A stretch of 64,000 nt of DNA from an uncultured Actinomycetota bacterium (lineage in GTDB: Bacteria; Actinomycetota; Actinomycetes; DATJPE01): NCBI GenBank assembly GCA_963819985.1, contig CAWFYH010000004.1:466713-530712 (forward strand), written 5' to 3'. How positions within the stretch are numbered: position 1 is the first letter of the stretch; every line of letters starts with the position of its first letter. A program made the position numbers and the translations under genes. The notes under the pieces are model-generated. The model saw only the letters and a program-made list of their open reading frames with translations, did not search any database and was not told where the DNA came from. Positions 7,812 to 17,713 of this stretch are shown piece by piece.

Positions 7812-10121
7812 ATGAGGGTCATGGCCCAGATGGGCATGGTGATGAACCTCGACAAGTGCATCGGGTGTCACACCTGCTCGGTCACCTGCAAGCAGACCTG
7901 GACCAACCGGGCTGGGGTGGAGTACGTCTGGTTCAACAACGTCGAGACCCGACCCGGCCAAGGTTATCCGCGCCGCAATGACGACCAAGAGACGTGGAAG
8001 GGTGGCTGGAAGCTCAACCGGCGTGGCCGGTTGGCGCTGCGCTCCGGTGGCCGACTGCGCCGCCTGTTGGGGATCTTCGCCAGCCCGGTGCTACCCGAGC
8101 TCGAGGACTACTACGAGCCCTGGACCTACGACTACGCCAACTTGATCGATGCCCCGCTCGGTGATGACTTCCCGGTCGCTCGACCGAAGTCGCTGATCAC
8201 CGGCCAAGACACCAAGGTCACCTGGTCGTCGAACTGGGACGACAACTTGGGTGGCGCAACTGAGTACGGCCACCTCGACCCGATCGTGGAGAAGCTCCGG
8301 GCCGAGTCCTCGGACAAGATCAAGTTCGAGTTCGAGCAGACCTTCATGTTCTATCTGCCACGAATCTGCGAGCACTGTCTGAATCCTGCCTGTCTGGCCT
8401 CATGTCCCTCGGGGGCGATCTACAAGCGGACTGAAGACGGCATCGTGCTGGTGGACCAGGACAAATGCCGAGGGTGGCGACAGTGCATCACCGCCTGTCC
8501 GTACAAGAAGATCTACTTCAACCACAAGACAGGCAAGGCCGAGAAGTGCACGTTCTGCTACCCCCGCATCGAGGTCGGCCTGCCCACCGTGTGTGCCGAG
8601 ACCTGCGTGGGGCGGCTGCGTTACATCGGGTTGTTCCTCTACGACGCAGACAAGGTCACGGCGGCAGCATCCCAGCCCGATGACCAGGACCTGTACGAGG
8701 CGCACCTCGACCTGATCCTGGATCCGACTGACCCCGAGGTGATTGCGGGTGCTCGGGCTGAGGGCATCCCGGACGACTGGATGGATGCCGCCCGCAGGTC
8801 GCCGGTCTATGCCCTCGCGAAGAAGTACAAGGTCGCGCTGCCGCTGCATCCCGAGTTCCGGACCATGCCGATGGTTTGGTACGTCCCGCCGTTGTCGCCG
8901 ATCGTCGACCTGCTGAGGGACCAGGGGCACGACGCGGAGGACCAGGGCAACCTGTTCGGCGCCATCGACGCCTTGCGCATCCCGGTCGAATACCTCGCCG
9001 AGCTGCTCAGCGCCGGTGATACCGAGGTCATCACCACGGTGCTGCAGCGGTTGGCCGCGATGCGCTCGTACATGCGGGGCATCACCCTCGGGGGTGAGGG
9101 AGATGAGTCGATAGCCGAGTCCGTCGGCATGTCCGGTGGCGGCTTGTACGAGATGTATCGACTGATGGCGATCGCCAAGTACGAGGACCGCTACGTCATC
9201 CCCAAGGCCCACGAGGAGCAAGCCCACGACCTCGAGGAGATGGGCTGCTCCGTCGACTTCTACGACGAGGGACCAGGAGCGGGCATGTTCGGCGAGGCGT
9301 CTGGGCGACCGGTCCCCGTGGCGGTCGAGACCTTCGAGGCCCTCAAACGTCGACAGACCTCCGAAGGCATCGCATCCGCGGAGTCCATGCACGGTCGGGT
9401 CAATCTGCTCAACTGGGACGGCGTGGGGGTGCCCGTCGGACTGTTCCCCGGAGTGCAACGACGTGAGCGGCAGCGACGACGCTGGAGACGGCCGATGAGC
9501 ACCCGAGTGGTCCACCAGGTCGCTGCCCGGTGCCTGGACCACCCGCAAGGAGCGTTGCTGGCTTGCCTCCCGGATCTGCAGTCTGCCGTCTGGGTGCTGC
9601 CAGCTCGCCAACGCGACTCTTTCCAACCGTTGCTGGACCACCTGACTGAAACGCCGCTTCCGGTCCTTCAACGCGAATACGTCGACGTGTTCGACATGAC
9701 CAAGAAGCACGCGCTGTACCTTTCGTACTGGACCGACGGCGACACCCGGCGGCGCGGCGAGGTGCTCGCGGCGTTCAAGGCGCGCTACCGCGCGAGCGGC
9801 TGGTTGGTCGACACCCACGGCGAGCTGCCGGACTACCTACCGATGGTCCTCGAGTACGCAGCCCTCGCCGACCCGGTCGATGGGCCTGTGCTGCTTCAGG
9901 AGTACCGAGCGAGCCTGGAGCTGCTCAAGTTCGCGCTGCGCGCCGCGCAGACACCGTATGCAGGTGTGCTCGATGCCGTCTGCGACACCCTTCCGGGTGC
10001 CTCGCCGAAGGATGCTGCGGCGGTCCACCGGCTAGCCGCAGAAGGCCCCCCACGCGAGCAGGTCGGACTCGATGCTTACGATCCGCGATTGCTGTCGATG
10101 GCCGCTGGAGGGTCCCGATGA
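7812..10121 (+). CDS. narH: respiratory nitrate reductase beta subunit with a NarJ (Mo-cofactor assembly chaperone) region fused in frame
   Basis: The N-terminal 561 aa are classic NarH (four Cys clusters CIGCHTC..., CEHCLNPAC..., CRGWRQC..., CTFCYPR...). There is no stop before an in-frame ATG at 9495. After it comes a ~208-aa NarJ-like region (LQREYVDVFD...GELPDYLPMVLEYAAL). The stop overlaps the narI start. Confidence 0.85.
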   Translation: MRVMAQMGMVMNLDKCIGCHTCSVTCKQTWTNRAGVEYVWFNNVETRPGQGYPRRNDDQETWKGGWKLNRRGRLALRSGGRLRRLLGIFASPVLPELEDYYEPWTYDYANLIDAPLGDDFPVARPKSLITGQDTKVTWSSNWDDNLGGATEYGHLDPIVEKLRAESSDKIKFEFEQTFMFYLPRICEHCLNPACLASCPSGAIYKRTEDGIVLVDQDKCRGWRQCITACPYKKIYFNHKTGKAEKCTFCYPRIEVGLPTVCAETCVGRLRYIGLFLYDADKVTAAASQPDDQDLYEAHLDLILDPTDPEVIAGARAEGIPDDWMDAARRSPVYALAKKYKVALPLHPEFRTMPMVWYVPPLSPIVDLLRDQGHDAEDQGNLFGAIDALRIPVEYLAELLSAGDTEVITTVLQRLAAMRSYMRGITLGGEGDESIAESVGMSGGGLYEMYRLMAIAKYEDRYVIPKAHEEQAHDLEEMGCSVDFYDEGPGAGMFGEASGRPVPVAVETFEALKRRQTSEGIASAESMHGRVNLLNWDGVGVPVGLFPGVQRRERQRRRWRRPMSTRVVHQVAARCLDHPQGALLACLPDLQSAVWVLPARQRDSFQPLLDHLTETPLPVLQREYVDVFDMTKKHALYLSYWTDGDTRRRGEVLAAFKARYRASGWLVDTHGELPDYLPMVLEYAALADPVDGPVLLQEYRASLELLKFALRAAQTPYAGVLDAVCDTLPGASPKDAAAVHRLAAEGPPREQVGLDAYDPRLLSMAAGGSR

Positions 10122-10864
10122 GCGTCTTGTTGTGGGGCGTACTCCCCTACATCGTCCTGGTCACCCTGATCGGTGGAACCATCTGGCGCTATCGGTATGA
10201 CCAGTTCGGCTGGACGACCCGTTCCTCGCAGTTGTACGAGTCCAGGTTGCTTCGCATCGGCAGCCCCCTGTTCCACTTCGGGATCCTGTTCGTACTCGTC
10301 GGACACATAGTCGGGCTGGTGATCCCCGAGAGCTGGACCGAGGCGTTCGGGGTGAGTGAGCACCTCTACCACGTGAACGCCCTTGTTGTCGGCGGCATCG
10401 CAGGCTTCTGCACGCTCGCCGGAGTGCTGATCCTCGTCTACCGAAGGCGGACCACCGGTCCGGTGTTCATGGCCACGACCAAGAACGACAAGGCCATGTA
10501 CGTCGCACTCGTCGCGGCGATCGTCTTGGGACTCCTCGCGACCCTGTCCGGCTCCGGCGTCGTGAATGAGGCCTACAACTACCGCGAGTCGGTGTCAGTG
10601 TGGTTCCGCTCGTTGTTCATCCTGCAGCCGAACGTCGACGCGATGGCAGCCGCTCCGTGGGAGTTCCACCTCCACGTGCTGGTGGCGATGCTGCTGTTCG
10701 CAATGTGGCCGTTCACCCGGCTGGTGCACGCCTTCACCGCACCGCTGCACTACGCCTTCCGTCCCTACATCGTCTACCGCAGCCGGGACGCGTCCAGCGC
10801 CCCGGGGGCGAGCGCTCCACGCCGCGGTTGGGACCCCGTCGGCACCAAAGACCGAGGACACTGA
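10118..10864 (+). CDS. narI: respiratory nitrate reductase gamma subunit (dihaem cytochrome b)
   Basis: 248 aa with five predicted TM helices. N-terminus LLWGVLPYIVLVTLIGGTIWRYRYDQFGWTTRSSQ is typical of NarI. ATGA overlap with the preceding gene. Confidence 0.9.
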   Translation: MSVLLWGVLPYIVLVTLIGGTIWRYRYDQFGWTTRSSQLYESRLLRIGSPLFHFGILFVLVGHIVGLVIPESWTEAFGVSEHLYHVNALVVGGIAGFCTLAGVLILVYRRRTTGPVFMATTKNDKAMYVALVAAIVLGLLATLSGSGVVNEAYNYRESVSVWFRSLFILQPNVDAMAAAPWEFHLHVLVAMLLFAMWPFTRLVHAFTAPLHYAFRPYIVYRSRDASSAPGASAPRRGWDPVGTKDRGH

Positions 10865-10905
10865 CGTACCCGCCGACCCTGACTACCCCACCACGTTGAG
10901 GACCA

Positions 10906-12117
10906 ATGACTGAGACCGCAGACGCCGTTGACCTCCGTACGGGCCAGACCCGCCAGCTGATCCTGGCCACCTGGGCCTTCGCGATCTCCTTCTGGGCGTG
11001 GAACCTGATCGGCCCGCTAGGCGTTGCCTACACGCAGAAGTTCGACCTCTCCTCCGGTCAGAAGTCGCTGCTGATCGCGCTCCCGGTTCTCGTTGGCTCC
11101 TTGGGCCGGATTCCCGCCGGCACGCTGACGGACCGCTTCGGCGGCCGGGTCATGTTCAGCGCCCTCCTGGTGATTTCCATCCCACCAGTCATCATGGTGA
11201 TGATCGCCGGGAACATCGACTCCTGGCCGCTGCTGCTGGTCTCGGCCTTCCTGCTGGGCATCGCCGGAACCACGTTCGCCGTCGGCATCCCCTTCGTGAG
11301 CCGGTGGTTCGTGCCATCCCGCAAGGGGTTCGCCACCGGCATCTTCGGTGCGGGCATGGGCGGGACAGCCCTGTCTTCATTCTTCACCCCGCGCTTCGTC
11401 AACTGGTTCGGCTACACCCAGACGCATCTCATCATCGCCGCCGCGTTGGCCGCGACGGCGGTTCTCTGCTGGGCGATGATGGCCAACTCGCCGAGCTTCG
11501 AGCCAAACACAGACCCGGTGGTCCCCAAGTTCGTGGCAGCGATCAAGCTGCCCGTGACTTGGCAGCTGTCCTTCCTGTACGCAATCACCTTTGGTGGCTT
11601 CGTCGCGTTCTCCACCTACCTTCCGACCTACCTGAAGGACGTCTACGACTTCGGGCTCACCCAGGCAGGCACGCGCACCGCAGGTTTTGCCATTGCAGCC
11701 GTTGTTGCGCGACCGATCGGTGGCGTGCTCTCGGACCGCTTCCACCCCAAGCCGGTCGTCATGACCTCCCTGATCGGTGCAGCAGTCATGGCCCTTGTCG
11801 TCTCCACCGTTCCTCCACCCGAACTTGCCGCGGGAGCATCCTTCATCGCGATGGCCTTCTTCCTCGGTATTGGTACCGGAGGGGTGTTCACCTGGGTCGC
11901 CCTGCGATCGCCTGCTGCCCGGGTCGGCTCGGTAAGCGGCATAGTGGGAGCAGCCGGCGGACTGGGCGGCTTCTTCCCACCGCTGGTGCTCGGTGCGACG
12001 TACAACGAGATCACCCACCGCTACACCGTGGGTCTCCTCCTCCTGTTCATCACGGCCACTGTCGCAGCGGTCTTTGTCGCGATCAAGCTCCGGCAGGAGG
12101 AGCCGGCCAAGGTCTGA
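10906..12117 (+). CDS. narK: nitrate/nitrite transporter, MFS NNP family (NarK/NarU-like)
   Basis: 403-aa 12-TM MFS. The FWAWNLIGPLGVAY and GRIPAGTLTDRFGGR motifs match NarK-type porters. Immediately downstream of narGHJI. Confidence 0.85.
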   Translation: MTETADAVDLRTGQTRQLILATWAFAISFWAWNLIGPLGVAYTQKFDLSSGQKSLLIALPVLVGSLGRIPAGTLTDRFGGRVMFSALLVISIPPVIMVMIAGNIDSWPLLLVSAFLLGIAGTTFAVGIPFVSRWFVPSRKGFATGIFGAGMGGTALSSFFTPRFVNWFGYTQTHLIIAAALAATAVLCWAMMANSPSFEPNTDPVVPKFVAAIKLPVTWQLSFLYAITFGGFVAFSTYLPTYLKDVYDFGLTQAGTRTAGFAIAAVVARPIGGVLSDRFHPKPVVMTSLIGAAVMALVVSTVPPPELAAGASFIAMAFFLGIGTGGVFTWVALRSPAARVGSVSGIVGAAGGLGGFFPPLVLGATYNEITHRYTVGLLLLFITATVAAVFVAIKLRQEEPAKV

Positions 12118-12120
12118 CCT

Positions 12121-13119
12121 TCAGAAAGGGTTGGAGGCAAACAGGTTCACGCCGAGTCGATCGGCCAGGAACTTTGTCGCACACTGTCCGCGAACACTGT
12201 TGCCTGCCTCGTCGAGAGGAGGGGAGAAGGTGGCGATCCCGCCCTTCCCCGGCGCCACGGTGACGATGCCACCACCGACGCCACTCTTTCCCGGGAGACC
12301 GATGTCGAACAGCCAGTCACCGGATCGTTCGTAGAGCCCCGAGGTAGCGAGCACGGAGAGCACCTTGGGGCACAGCGAGACGTCGATGACCCGTTGGCCG
12401 GTCAGCGGGTTCACGCCGCCGTCCGCCAAAGTCGCCGCCATGGTCGCGAGATCCCGGGCGGTCACCTCGAGCGAGCACTGACGCGTGTAGAGATCGGTCG
12501 CGTCATCGGGATCGGCGTACATGCGTCCATAGCTGTGCAGCAAATGGGCAACGCCCTGGTTGCGCTGGTTGGTGGCCGCCTCTGAGGCGTAGATCTCCTC
12601 GTTCATCACCAGCGGCCGGCCGGCGAAACCGGAGAGTCCTTCGAGCAGCCCCGCCCACTTCTCCTCCTCCGTCGCACCGGGCAACAGACTTGACGTGGCG
12701 ATGGCGCCGGCGTTGACCAGTGGGTTCATGGTCCGGGTGTCATTGAGCTCAACGGCCATCACGGAGTTGAACGGGAGCCCAGTCGCGTTGACACCCAGAC
12801 GCTCGCGAGCCTCCCGGTAGCCGATCGCCTGACAGACAAGTGCGAAGACGAAGGGCTTGGAGACGCTCTGGATGGAAAACGCATGATCCGCGTCACCGGC
12901 CGTGAACACTCGACCGGCGACACCGACAACAGCGACGCCGAACAATGACGCGTCCACCCGGGCCAGAGCGGGGATGTAGTCGGCCACCGTTCCGTCTGTG
13001 AGGTCTCGATACCGCACATAGGACTCATCGACAACCGCTTGTACGGCCTGCGGATCCGGGAGCTCTCCGGTCGACACCACGCGCGGATCGAGATGGTCCT
13101 CAAAGCTCGGCAGCGTCAC
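12121..13119 (-). CDS. glsA: glutaminase A
   Basis: 332 aa. SIQSVSKPF serine-beta-lactamase-like glutaminase motif, with a full-length match to GlsA architecture. Confidence 0.88.
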   Translation of the reverse strand: MTLPSFEDHLDPRVVSTGELPDPQAVQAVVDESYVRYRDLTDGTVADYIPALARVDASLFGVAVVGVAGRVFTAGDADHAFSIQSVSKPFVFALVCQAIGYREARERLGVNATGLPFNSVMAVELNDTRTMNPLVNAGAIATSSLLPGATEEEKWAGLLEGLSGFAGRPLVMNEEIYASEAATNQRNQGVAHLLHSYGRMYADPDDATDLYTRQCSLEVTARDLATMAATLADGGVNPLTGQRVIDVSLCPKVLSVLATSGLYERSGDWLFDIGLPGKSGVGGGIVTVAPGKGGIATFSPPLDEAGNSVRGQCATKFLADRLGVNLFASNPF

Positions 13120-13418
13120 AAACCGACTCTAGTGACTCTCGGTGACACGCCGTCCCAGGTCACCGATCAATGCGCCCGGCACGGGCACACTCTTAGTGAC
13201 TGGAGGTCGAGATGCGCCTGTCCGACGTCATCCGCCGGTGGACGAGCCGATCCCGCGGCGTGGACACACCGCGGCTTCCCGAAGCCTTCACAACGTTGCA
13301 CTCCGCCGACTTGGACGTCCACATCTCCGGGGTGGCCCGAGGGCCAACGGCCAGGCCGCCGTGGCCGTCTGCGTCCTGGGAGCGTCACGCGAGCGCGCGA
13401 ACCAGCGAGCCCTCAGAC

Positions 13419-13727
13419 ATGGCCAAGGTGCTCCTCGAGATGCACCCGGCCTTCAGGTGCGCCGACCATCCGCACTGGATGCAGGTTGAGCAGGCCGAAT
13501 CCCTGGCCCTGGAGTGGACCTCAGCATGGTTCACCTCCGCCGAGATGACGCTGTGGCAAACCCGACATCCGGGGATCTCCGCCGAGGCGGCCCGGGGCCT
13601 GGTCGATGCCGGGCTGGGGCCGTACGACAGCCTGGATCTCCATGCTCCGGGCGAGCTCCAATCCACGATCGACTTGCGCGAGAGGGGACACCTGGACCGC
13701 CCGCGGCCGACCTCCCGGCCTAGCTAA
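13419..13727 (+). CDS. hypothetical small Trp-rich protein
   Basis: ATG at 13419 inside the 13212 ORF. 102 aa (MAKVLLEMHPAFRC...), protein-like composition, no recognisable family. The upstream part of the ORF looks non-coding. Confidence 0.3.
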   Translation: MAKVLLEMHPAFRCADHPHWMQVEQAESLALEWTSAWFTSAEMTLWQTRHPGISAEAARGLVDAGLGPYDSLDLHAPGELQSTIDLRERGHLDRPRPTSRPS

Positions 13728-14517
13728 ACGGCTCCGGGCTCCGCGGACCCGCATTGTCCAAGCCGCCGTCCACCAGCAAGGTGGCACCCGTGACATAAGC
13801 GCCGGTGGGAGCGACCAGATAGGTCACAGCGTGCGCCACCTCAGCCGGTGCACCCAGTCGACCGGCAGGGATCACAGCCGACGCAACTTCTGGAGCCAGC
13901 CCATACCTCTCCCACGCTTCGGTGTGGATGAACCCCGGAGCCACGCAGTTGAGTCGGATCCCGTGCTGGCCCCACTCGACGGCCATCGTGCGAGTCATGC
14001 TCTCGACGCCCGCCCTTGCAGCCGCCGAGTGTGCCATCCCGGGCAGCGCGCCCCGAGGGCTGAGGACGATGGAGACCACCGCGCCGAATCCGCTGGGAAT
14101 CATCCACCGCTTCGCCACCGACGTCGTGAGGTGCCAGACGGCGTCCAGATTGAGCCGAGTGACCGCTCGGAAACCGTTGAGCGAGATCCCCTCGGCCGGA
14201 CTGACGAACTGACCACCCGCGTTGTTGATGAGCGTGTCAACGCTGCCGAGCTCGGCTCCTATCTGATCAAGCACCGCTTCGACATGATCTGGTTCGCGCA
14301 CATCGACGGGGTATGCGTGGACAGCTCCCGCCCCACGGGCGGCCAGCGCGATGGTCTCGTCCAGGGTCTCCGCGTGTCGGCCGAGCACGGCCACCGTGGC
14401 GCCAAGCTCGGCCAGCTCCAAGGCGATCGCCCGACCGATGCCGGTGCCGCCTCCGGTGACGACGGCGACTCGGTCGACAAGGAGCCCAGGTGCGAAAGGA
14501 TTCGTGGCTGACGTCAT
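13720..14517 (-). CDS. SDR-family NAD(P)-dependent oxidoreductase
   Basis: Start MTSATNPF at 14517. TGGGTGIGRAIA Rossmann motif, NNAG, and the catalytic S...Y...K pattern of short-chain dehydrogenases. Confidence 0.85.
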   Translation of the reverse strand: MTSATNPFAPGLLVDRVAVVTGGGTGIGRAIALELAELGATVAVLGRHAETLDETIALAARGAGAVHAYPVDVREPDHVEAVLDQIGAELGSVDTLINNAGGQFVSPAEGISLNGFRAVTRLNLDAVWHLTTSVAKRWMIPSGFGAVVSIVLSPRGALPGMAHSAAARAGVESMTRTMAVEWGQHGIRLNCVAPGFIHTEAWERYGLAPEVASAVIPAGRLGAPAEVAHAVTYLVAPTGAYVTGATLLVDGGLDNAGPRSPEPFS

Positions 14518-14568
14518 GCCTGGGCACGCTACCGGCCCACGAAGCGACTCAGGGCAGGCGAGCAAGAC

Positions 14569-15186
14569 TCAGACGCGACCGAAACTGACGTGGGAGCTGA
14601 AGATCACGCCAAGTCCGGTGCGGGTGCCCGGGCGGCTGGCGTGGTAGAGCTTGTGGTGGCCGGCGAAGATCCCGACGTGGTAGATGCTCCCGCTGCTGCT
14701 GCGGAAGAAGATCAGGTCGCCAGGGCGGGCGTGAGCGCGGCTCACGTGCTTGACCCTGGTGTACTGCGCGGCGGAGTTGTGCGGCAGGGAATGACCTAGC
14801 TTGGCGAAGACGTACCGCGTGTATCCCGAGCAGTCGAACCCAGCCGGTGAGGTTCCGGCGTAGCGGTAAGGCCCGCCGTCGTACTTGCGCGCCGTCTTGA
14901 GGATGCGCTTGGAGGTCAGGAGGTGCCTGTGCTTGTGTGCCTTGTGCTTGTGCTTGCCGCCTGTTGGCTTGACGCGGGAGAGGGCAGAAGAGCCGTGCGG
15001 ACCCTTGGCAGCACCGGAGTGAGAGCCGGCCACCGTCGCCTTTGCCGCGGGCATGGCCGGTGTCGTGAAGGCTGCGGCCGGCGAAGCCTGCACCAACGGG
15101 GCCACCAGGGCAGCTGCTGTGATCGTCGCAGCGGCCAGGAGGCGCAGCTGGGTAGGGGTTTTGGGGCGTGCAGAAGCCTTGGGCAT
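14569..15186 (-). CDS. secreted NlpC/P60 (C40) family peptidoglycan endopeptidase
   Basis: Start MPKASARPKTP (ATG 15186) gives a signal peptide. C-terminal GFDCSGYTRYVF...IYHVGIF...H is the C40 Cys-His catalytic core. Confidence 0.8.
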   Translation of the reverse strand: MPKASARPKTPTQLRLLAAATITAAALVAPLVQASPAAAFTTPAMPAAKATVAGSHSGAAKGPHGSSALSRVKPTGGKHKHKAHKHRHLLTSKRILKTARKYDGGPYRYAGTSPAGFDCSGYTRYVFAKLGHSLPHNSAAQYTRVKHVSRAHARPGDLIFFRSSSGSIYHVGIFAGHHKLYHASRPGTRTGLGVIFSSHVSFGRV

Positions 15187-15506
15187 CCCGAGCACAACAG
15201 ATCCTTCTCCGACGCCTGCGAGGTGAGCTGTCGGGTTCGGGCCGGAGCTGGCCCGGGCGATCGACCCGCACACGGCGGAACGAGCACCTTCACCCCAAGG
15301 TTGTCGCGAGCGGCCCGAGGCCGTCGTCCCAACCGTGGAACCTGTGGGTCCCCCACTCCTGCCCAACGGACTGTCACGCGAACCTCGACGTGGGGCAGGA
15401 CTCGGCGATCACGTCAAAGCGCCCCCGCCGGTGCGGGAGCGGAACGAGGCTACGTGAGGAGCCCGGCGTTTGTCACGTTTGTGTCACAGCGCGTCCCCCG
15501 AACGGG

Positions 15507-16196
15507 CTAGAAAGTGCTCGGAGCGACAAATACGTGACCCGCCGTCTCGGGGTCGAGCTCCGCGTACTCCATGCCCGAACCGACGAGCACTCCGCCCGCC
15601 GAGGTGGTCACTTTCACGACTTCGCCAGGCCGCACACCTGCGCGGCGTAGCGACGCCATCAGCGCAGCATCAGTCTGCAGCGGCTCACCGATGCGCCGGA
15701 CGACGACCCGGTGTGTCTCGTCCACGGCAGCTGACATCAGCGTGACCAAGGGCTCATCGTCCCTGCCTGGCTCCTCAGCACCCAGCTCGGCCAGGCCAGG
15801 GATCGGATTGCCGTACGGCGAATTCGTCGGGTGCTCAAGCAGCTCGAGCAGCCGTCGTTCGACGGCCTCGGACATCACGTGTTCCCACCTGCACGCCTCG
15901 GCATGGACGTCTTCCCAGGCCATCCCGATGACATCAACGAGCAAGCACTCGGCGAGGCGGTGCTTGCGCATCACTCGAGTCGCGAGCGCGCGCCCCTGCT
16001 CGGACAGCTCCAGATGTCGATCGCCCTCGACGGTGACCAGCTTGTCGCGTTCCATCCGCGCCACGGTCTGGCTGACCGTCGGCCCGCTCTGGCCCAGCCG
16101 TTCGGCGATTCGTGCACGCAGCGGGACGATCCCCTCTTCCTCCAGCTCGAAGATCGTGCGGAGGTACATCTCCGTGGTGTCGATGAGGTCGCTCAC
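15507..16196 (-). CDS. ideR: iron-dependent transcriptional repressor IdeR (DtxR family)
   Basis: 230 aa from GTG 16196 (VSDLIDTTEMYLRTIFELEEEGIVPLRARIAERL...). Near-identical architecture to M. tuberculosis IdeR, including the C-terminal SH3-like domain. Confidence 0.9.
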   Translation of the reverse strand: MSDLIDTTEMYLRTIFELEEEGIVPLRARIAERLGQSGPTVSQTVARMERDKLVTVEGDRHLELSEQGRALATRVMRKHRLAECLLVDVIGMAWEDVHAEACRWEHVMSEAVERRLLELLEHPTNSPYGNPIPGLAELGAEEPGRDDEPLVTLMSAAVDETHRVVVRRIGEPLQTDAALMASLRRAGVRPGEVVKVTTSAGGVLVGSGMEYAELDPETAGHVFVAPSTF

Positions 16197-16212
16197 GAGG
16201 GGACGACTCCAA

Positions 16213-17676
16213 ATGGATGAGGACTTCGGGGACCTGGCGCCGCCTATCCTCACACGCGATGGCGACGACCGGAACCGAGTTGCGCCGGTCGTGTCGGTGC
16301 GCGACGGTCGATCGGTGAGCCCGGCCATCCACTGGTTTCGTCGAGATCTCCGTCTCGCTGACAACCCCGCCCTGCTGTCTGCTGCAGCGGCAGGCGCCGG
16401 CGACGTGCTGGCCCTGTTCGTCCTGGACCCGCTGCTCTGGCGTCGGAGTGGTCCCGTCCGCCAGGCCTACCTGGTCGATTCCCTGCAGGCGCTCAGGGCG
16501 TCGCTCGACGGACGGCTGCTCGTGCGGCACGGCGATCCCACCCGCGTGGTGCCGGAGGTGGCAGACCAGTTCGCCGCCACGTCCGTCCACGCGGCGGCAG
16601 ACTTTGGTCCGTACGGCAGCCGCCGCGACGCCACCGTTAGCGAGGCCCTGGGGGATGCCTTCGTACGTGACGGATCGCCCTATGCCGTCGCACCCGGGAG
16701 GGTCCACAAGCCGGACGGGACGCCGTACCGCGTCTATACCCCCTTCTATCGGGCGTGGCGCGCTCACGGCTGGCGCGCTCCCGCGCCCTCCGCGGTTGAC
16801 GCGAACGTGACCTTCGCAACGCCGGAAGGCGACGACGGGGTCCCCGAGGCACCTAGCGAAAACCGTGCACAGCTACCGAAGGCCGGGGAGCAGGCCGCCT
16901 ACGAGCGCTGGATGAACTTCTGCGAGCGCGGGCTGGACGACTATGCGCAGTCACGTGATCGACCCGACCGGGCCGGAACGTCCGGCCTCAGTGCCGCACT
17001 GAAGTGGGGCGAGATCCATCCGCGCACGTTGCTGACCCACCTCGGGGACTCCCGCTCCCACGACACGTTCCGAAAGGAACTGGCGTGGCGCGAGTTCTAT
17101 GCCGATGTCCTGCACCACAACCCGGGCTCCGCCCACTGGAACCTGCGCTCAGACCTCTCGCACATCGAGGTCGACGAAGGTCCACAGGCCAACGAACGAT
17201 TCGAGGCCTGGGCCTCTGGCCGGACCGGCTATCCCTTCGTCGACGCGGGTATGCGACAGCTGCTGGCCGAGGGCTGGATGCACAACCGCGTGCGCATGGT
17301 GGTGGCGTCCTTCCTGGTGAAGGACCTGCATCTTGCGTGGCCTCGGGGCGCCCGGCATTTCATGCGGTGGCTCCGCGACGGAGACCTGGCATCCAACCAG
17401 CACGGCTGGCAGTGGGTAGCCGGGACCGGCACGGATGCGGCTCCGTACTTCCGCGTGTTCAATCCGGTCAGCCAGGGTCGGCGCTTCGATCCCGACGGCG
17501 ACTATGTCCGGAGGTACGTCCCCGAGCTCGTCGAACTGGCCGGGCCGGCCGTGCACGAACCCTGGAAAACACCGGGCGGCGCACCCCACGGATACCCCGA
17601 ACGGATCGTTGATCACGGCCTCGAGCGACAGGAGGCGCTCGCCCGCTACGACCGCGCCCGGCGGGCTTCTGGATAG
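16213..17676 (+). CDS. phr: deoxyribodipyrimidine photolyase (cryptochrome/photolyase family)
   Basis: The C-terminal part of ORF 15571 carries the FAD-binding domain (WREFY...GWMHNRVRM...WQWVAGTGTDAAPYFRVFNP). The 5-prime 640 nt of that ORF are antisense to ideR and not coding. ATG 16213 is the first start after ideR; alternative GTG starts at 16291/16315 sit just before the IHWFRRDLRL motif. Confidence 0.8.
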   Translation: MDEDFGDLAPPILTRDGDDRNRVAPVVSVRDGRSVSPAIHWFRRDLRLADNPALLSAAAAGAGDVLALFVLDPLLWRRSGPVRQAYLVDSLQALRASLDGRLLVRHGDPTRVVPEVADQFAATSVHAAADFGPYGSRRDATVSEALGDAFVRDGSPYAVAPGRVHKPDGTPYRVYTPFYRAWRAHGWRAPAPSAVDANVTFATPEGDDGVPEAPSENRAQLPKAGEQAAYERWMNFCERGLDDYAQSRDRPDRAGTSGLSAALKWGEIHPRTLLTHLGDSRSHDTFRKELAWREFYADVLHHNPGSAHWNLRSDLSHIEVDEGPQANERFEAWASGRTGYPFVDAGMRQLLAEGWMHNRVRMVVASFLVKDLHLAWPRGARHFMRWLRDGDLASNQHGWQWVAGTGTDAAPYFRVFNPVSQGRRFDPDGDYVRRYVPELVELAGPAVHEPWKTPGGAPHGYPERIVDHGLERQEALARYDRARRASG

Positions 17677-17713
17677 CGGTTCGGAGCGCCGCCGGGTAAG
17701 GCAGACTCAAGGT

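Noticed and set aside
15571-16212. N-terminal 214 codons of the 701-aa photolyase ORF.
   Set aside because: This stretch is antisense to ideR and has no protein-like pattern. The photolyase homology starts only after nt ~16290, so the gene must start at 16213 or later.
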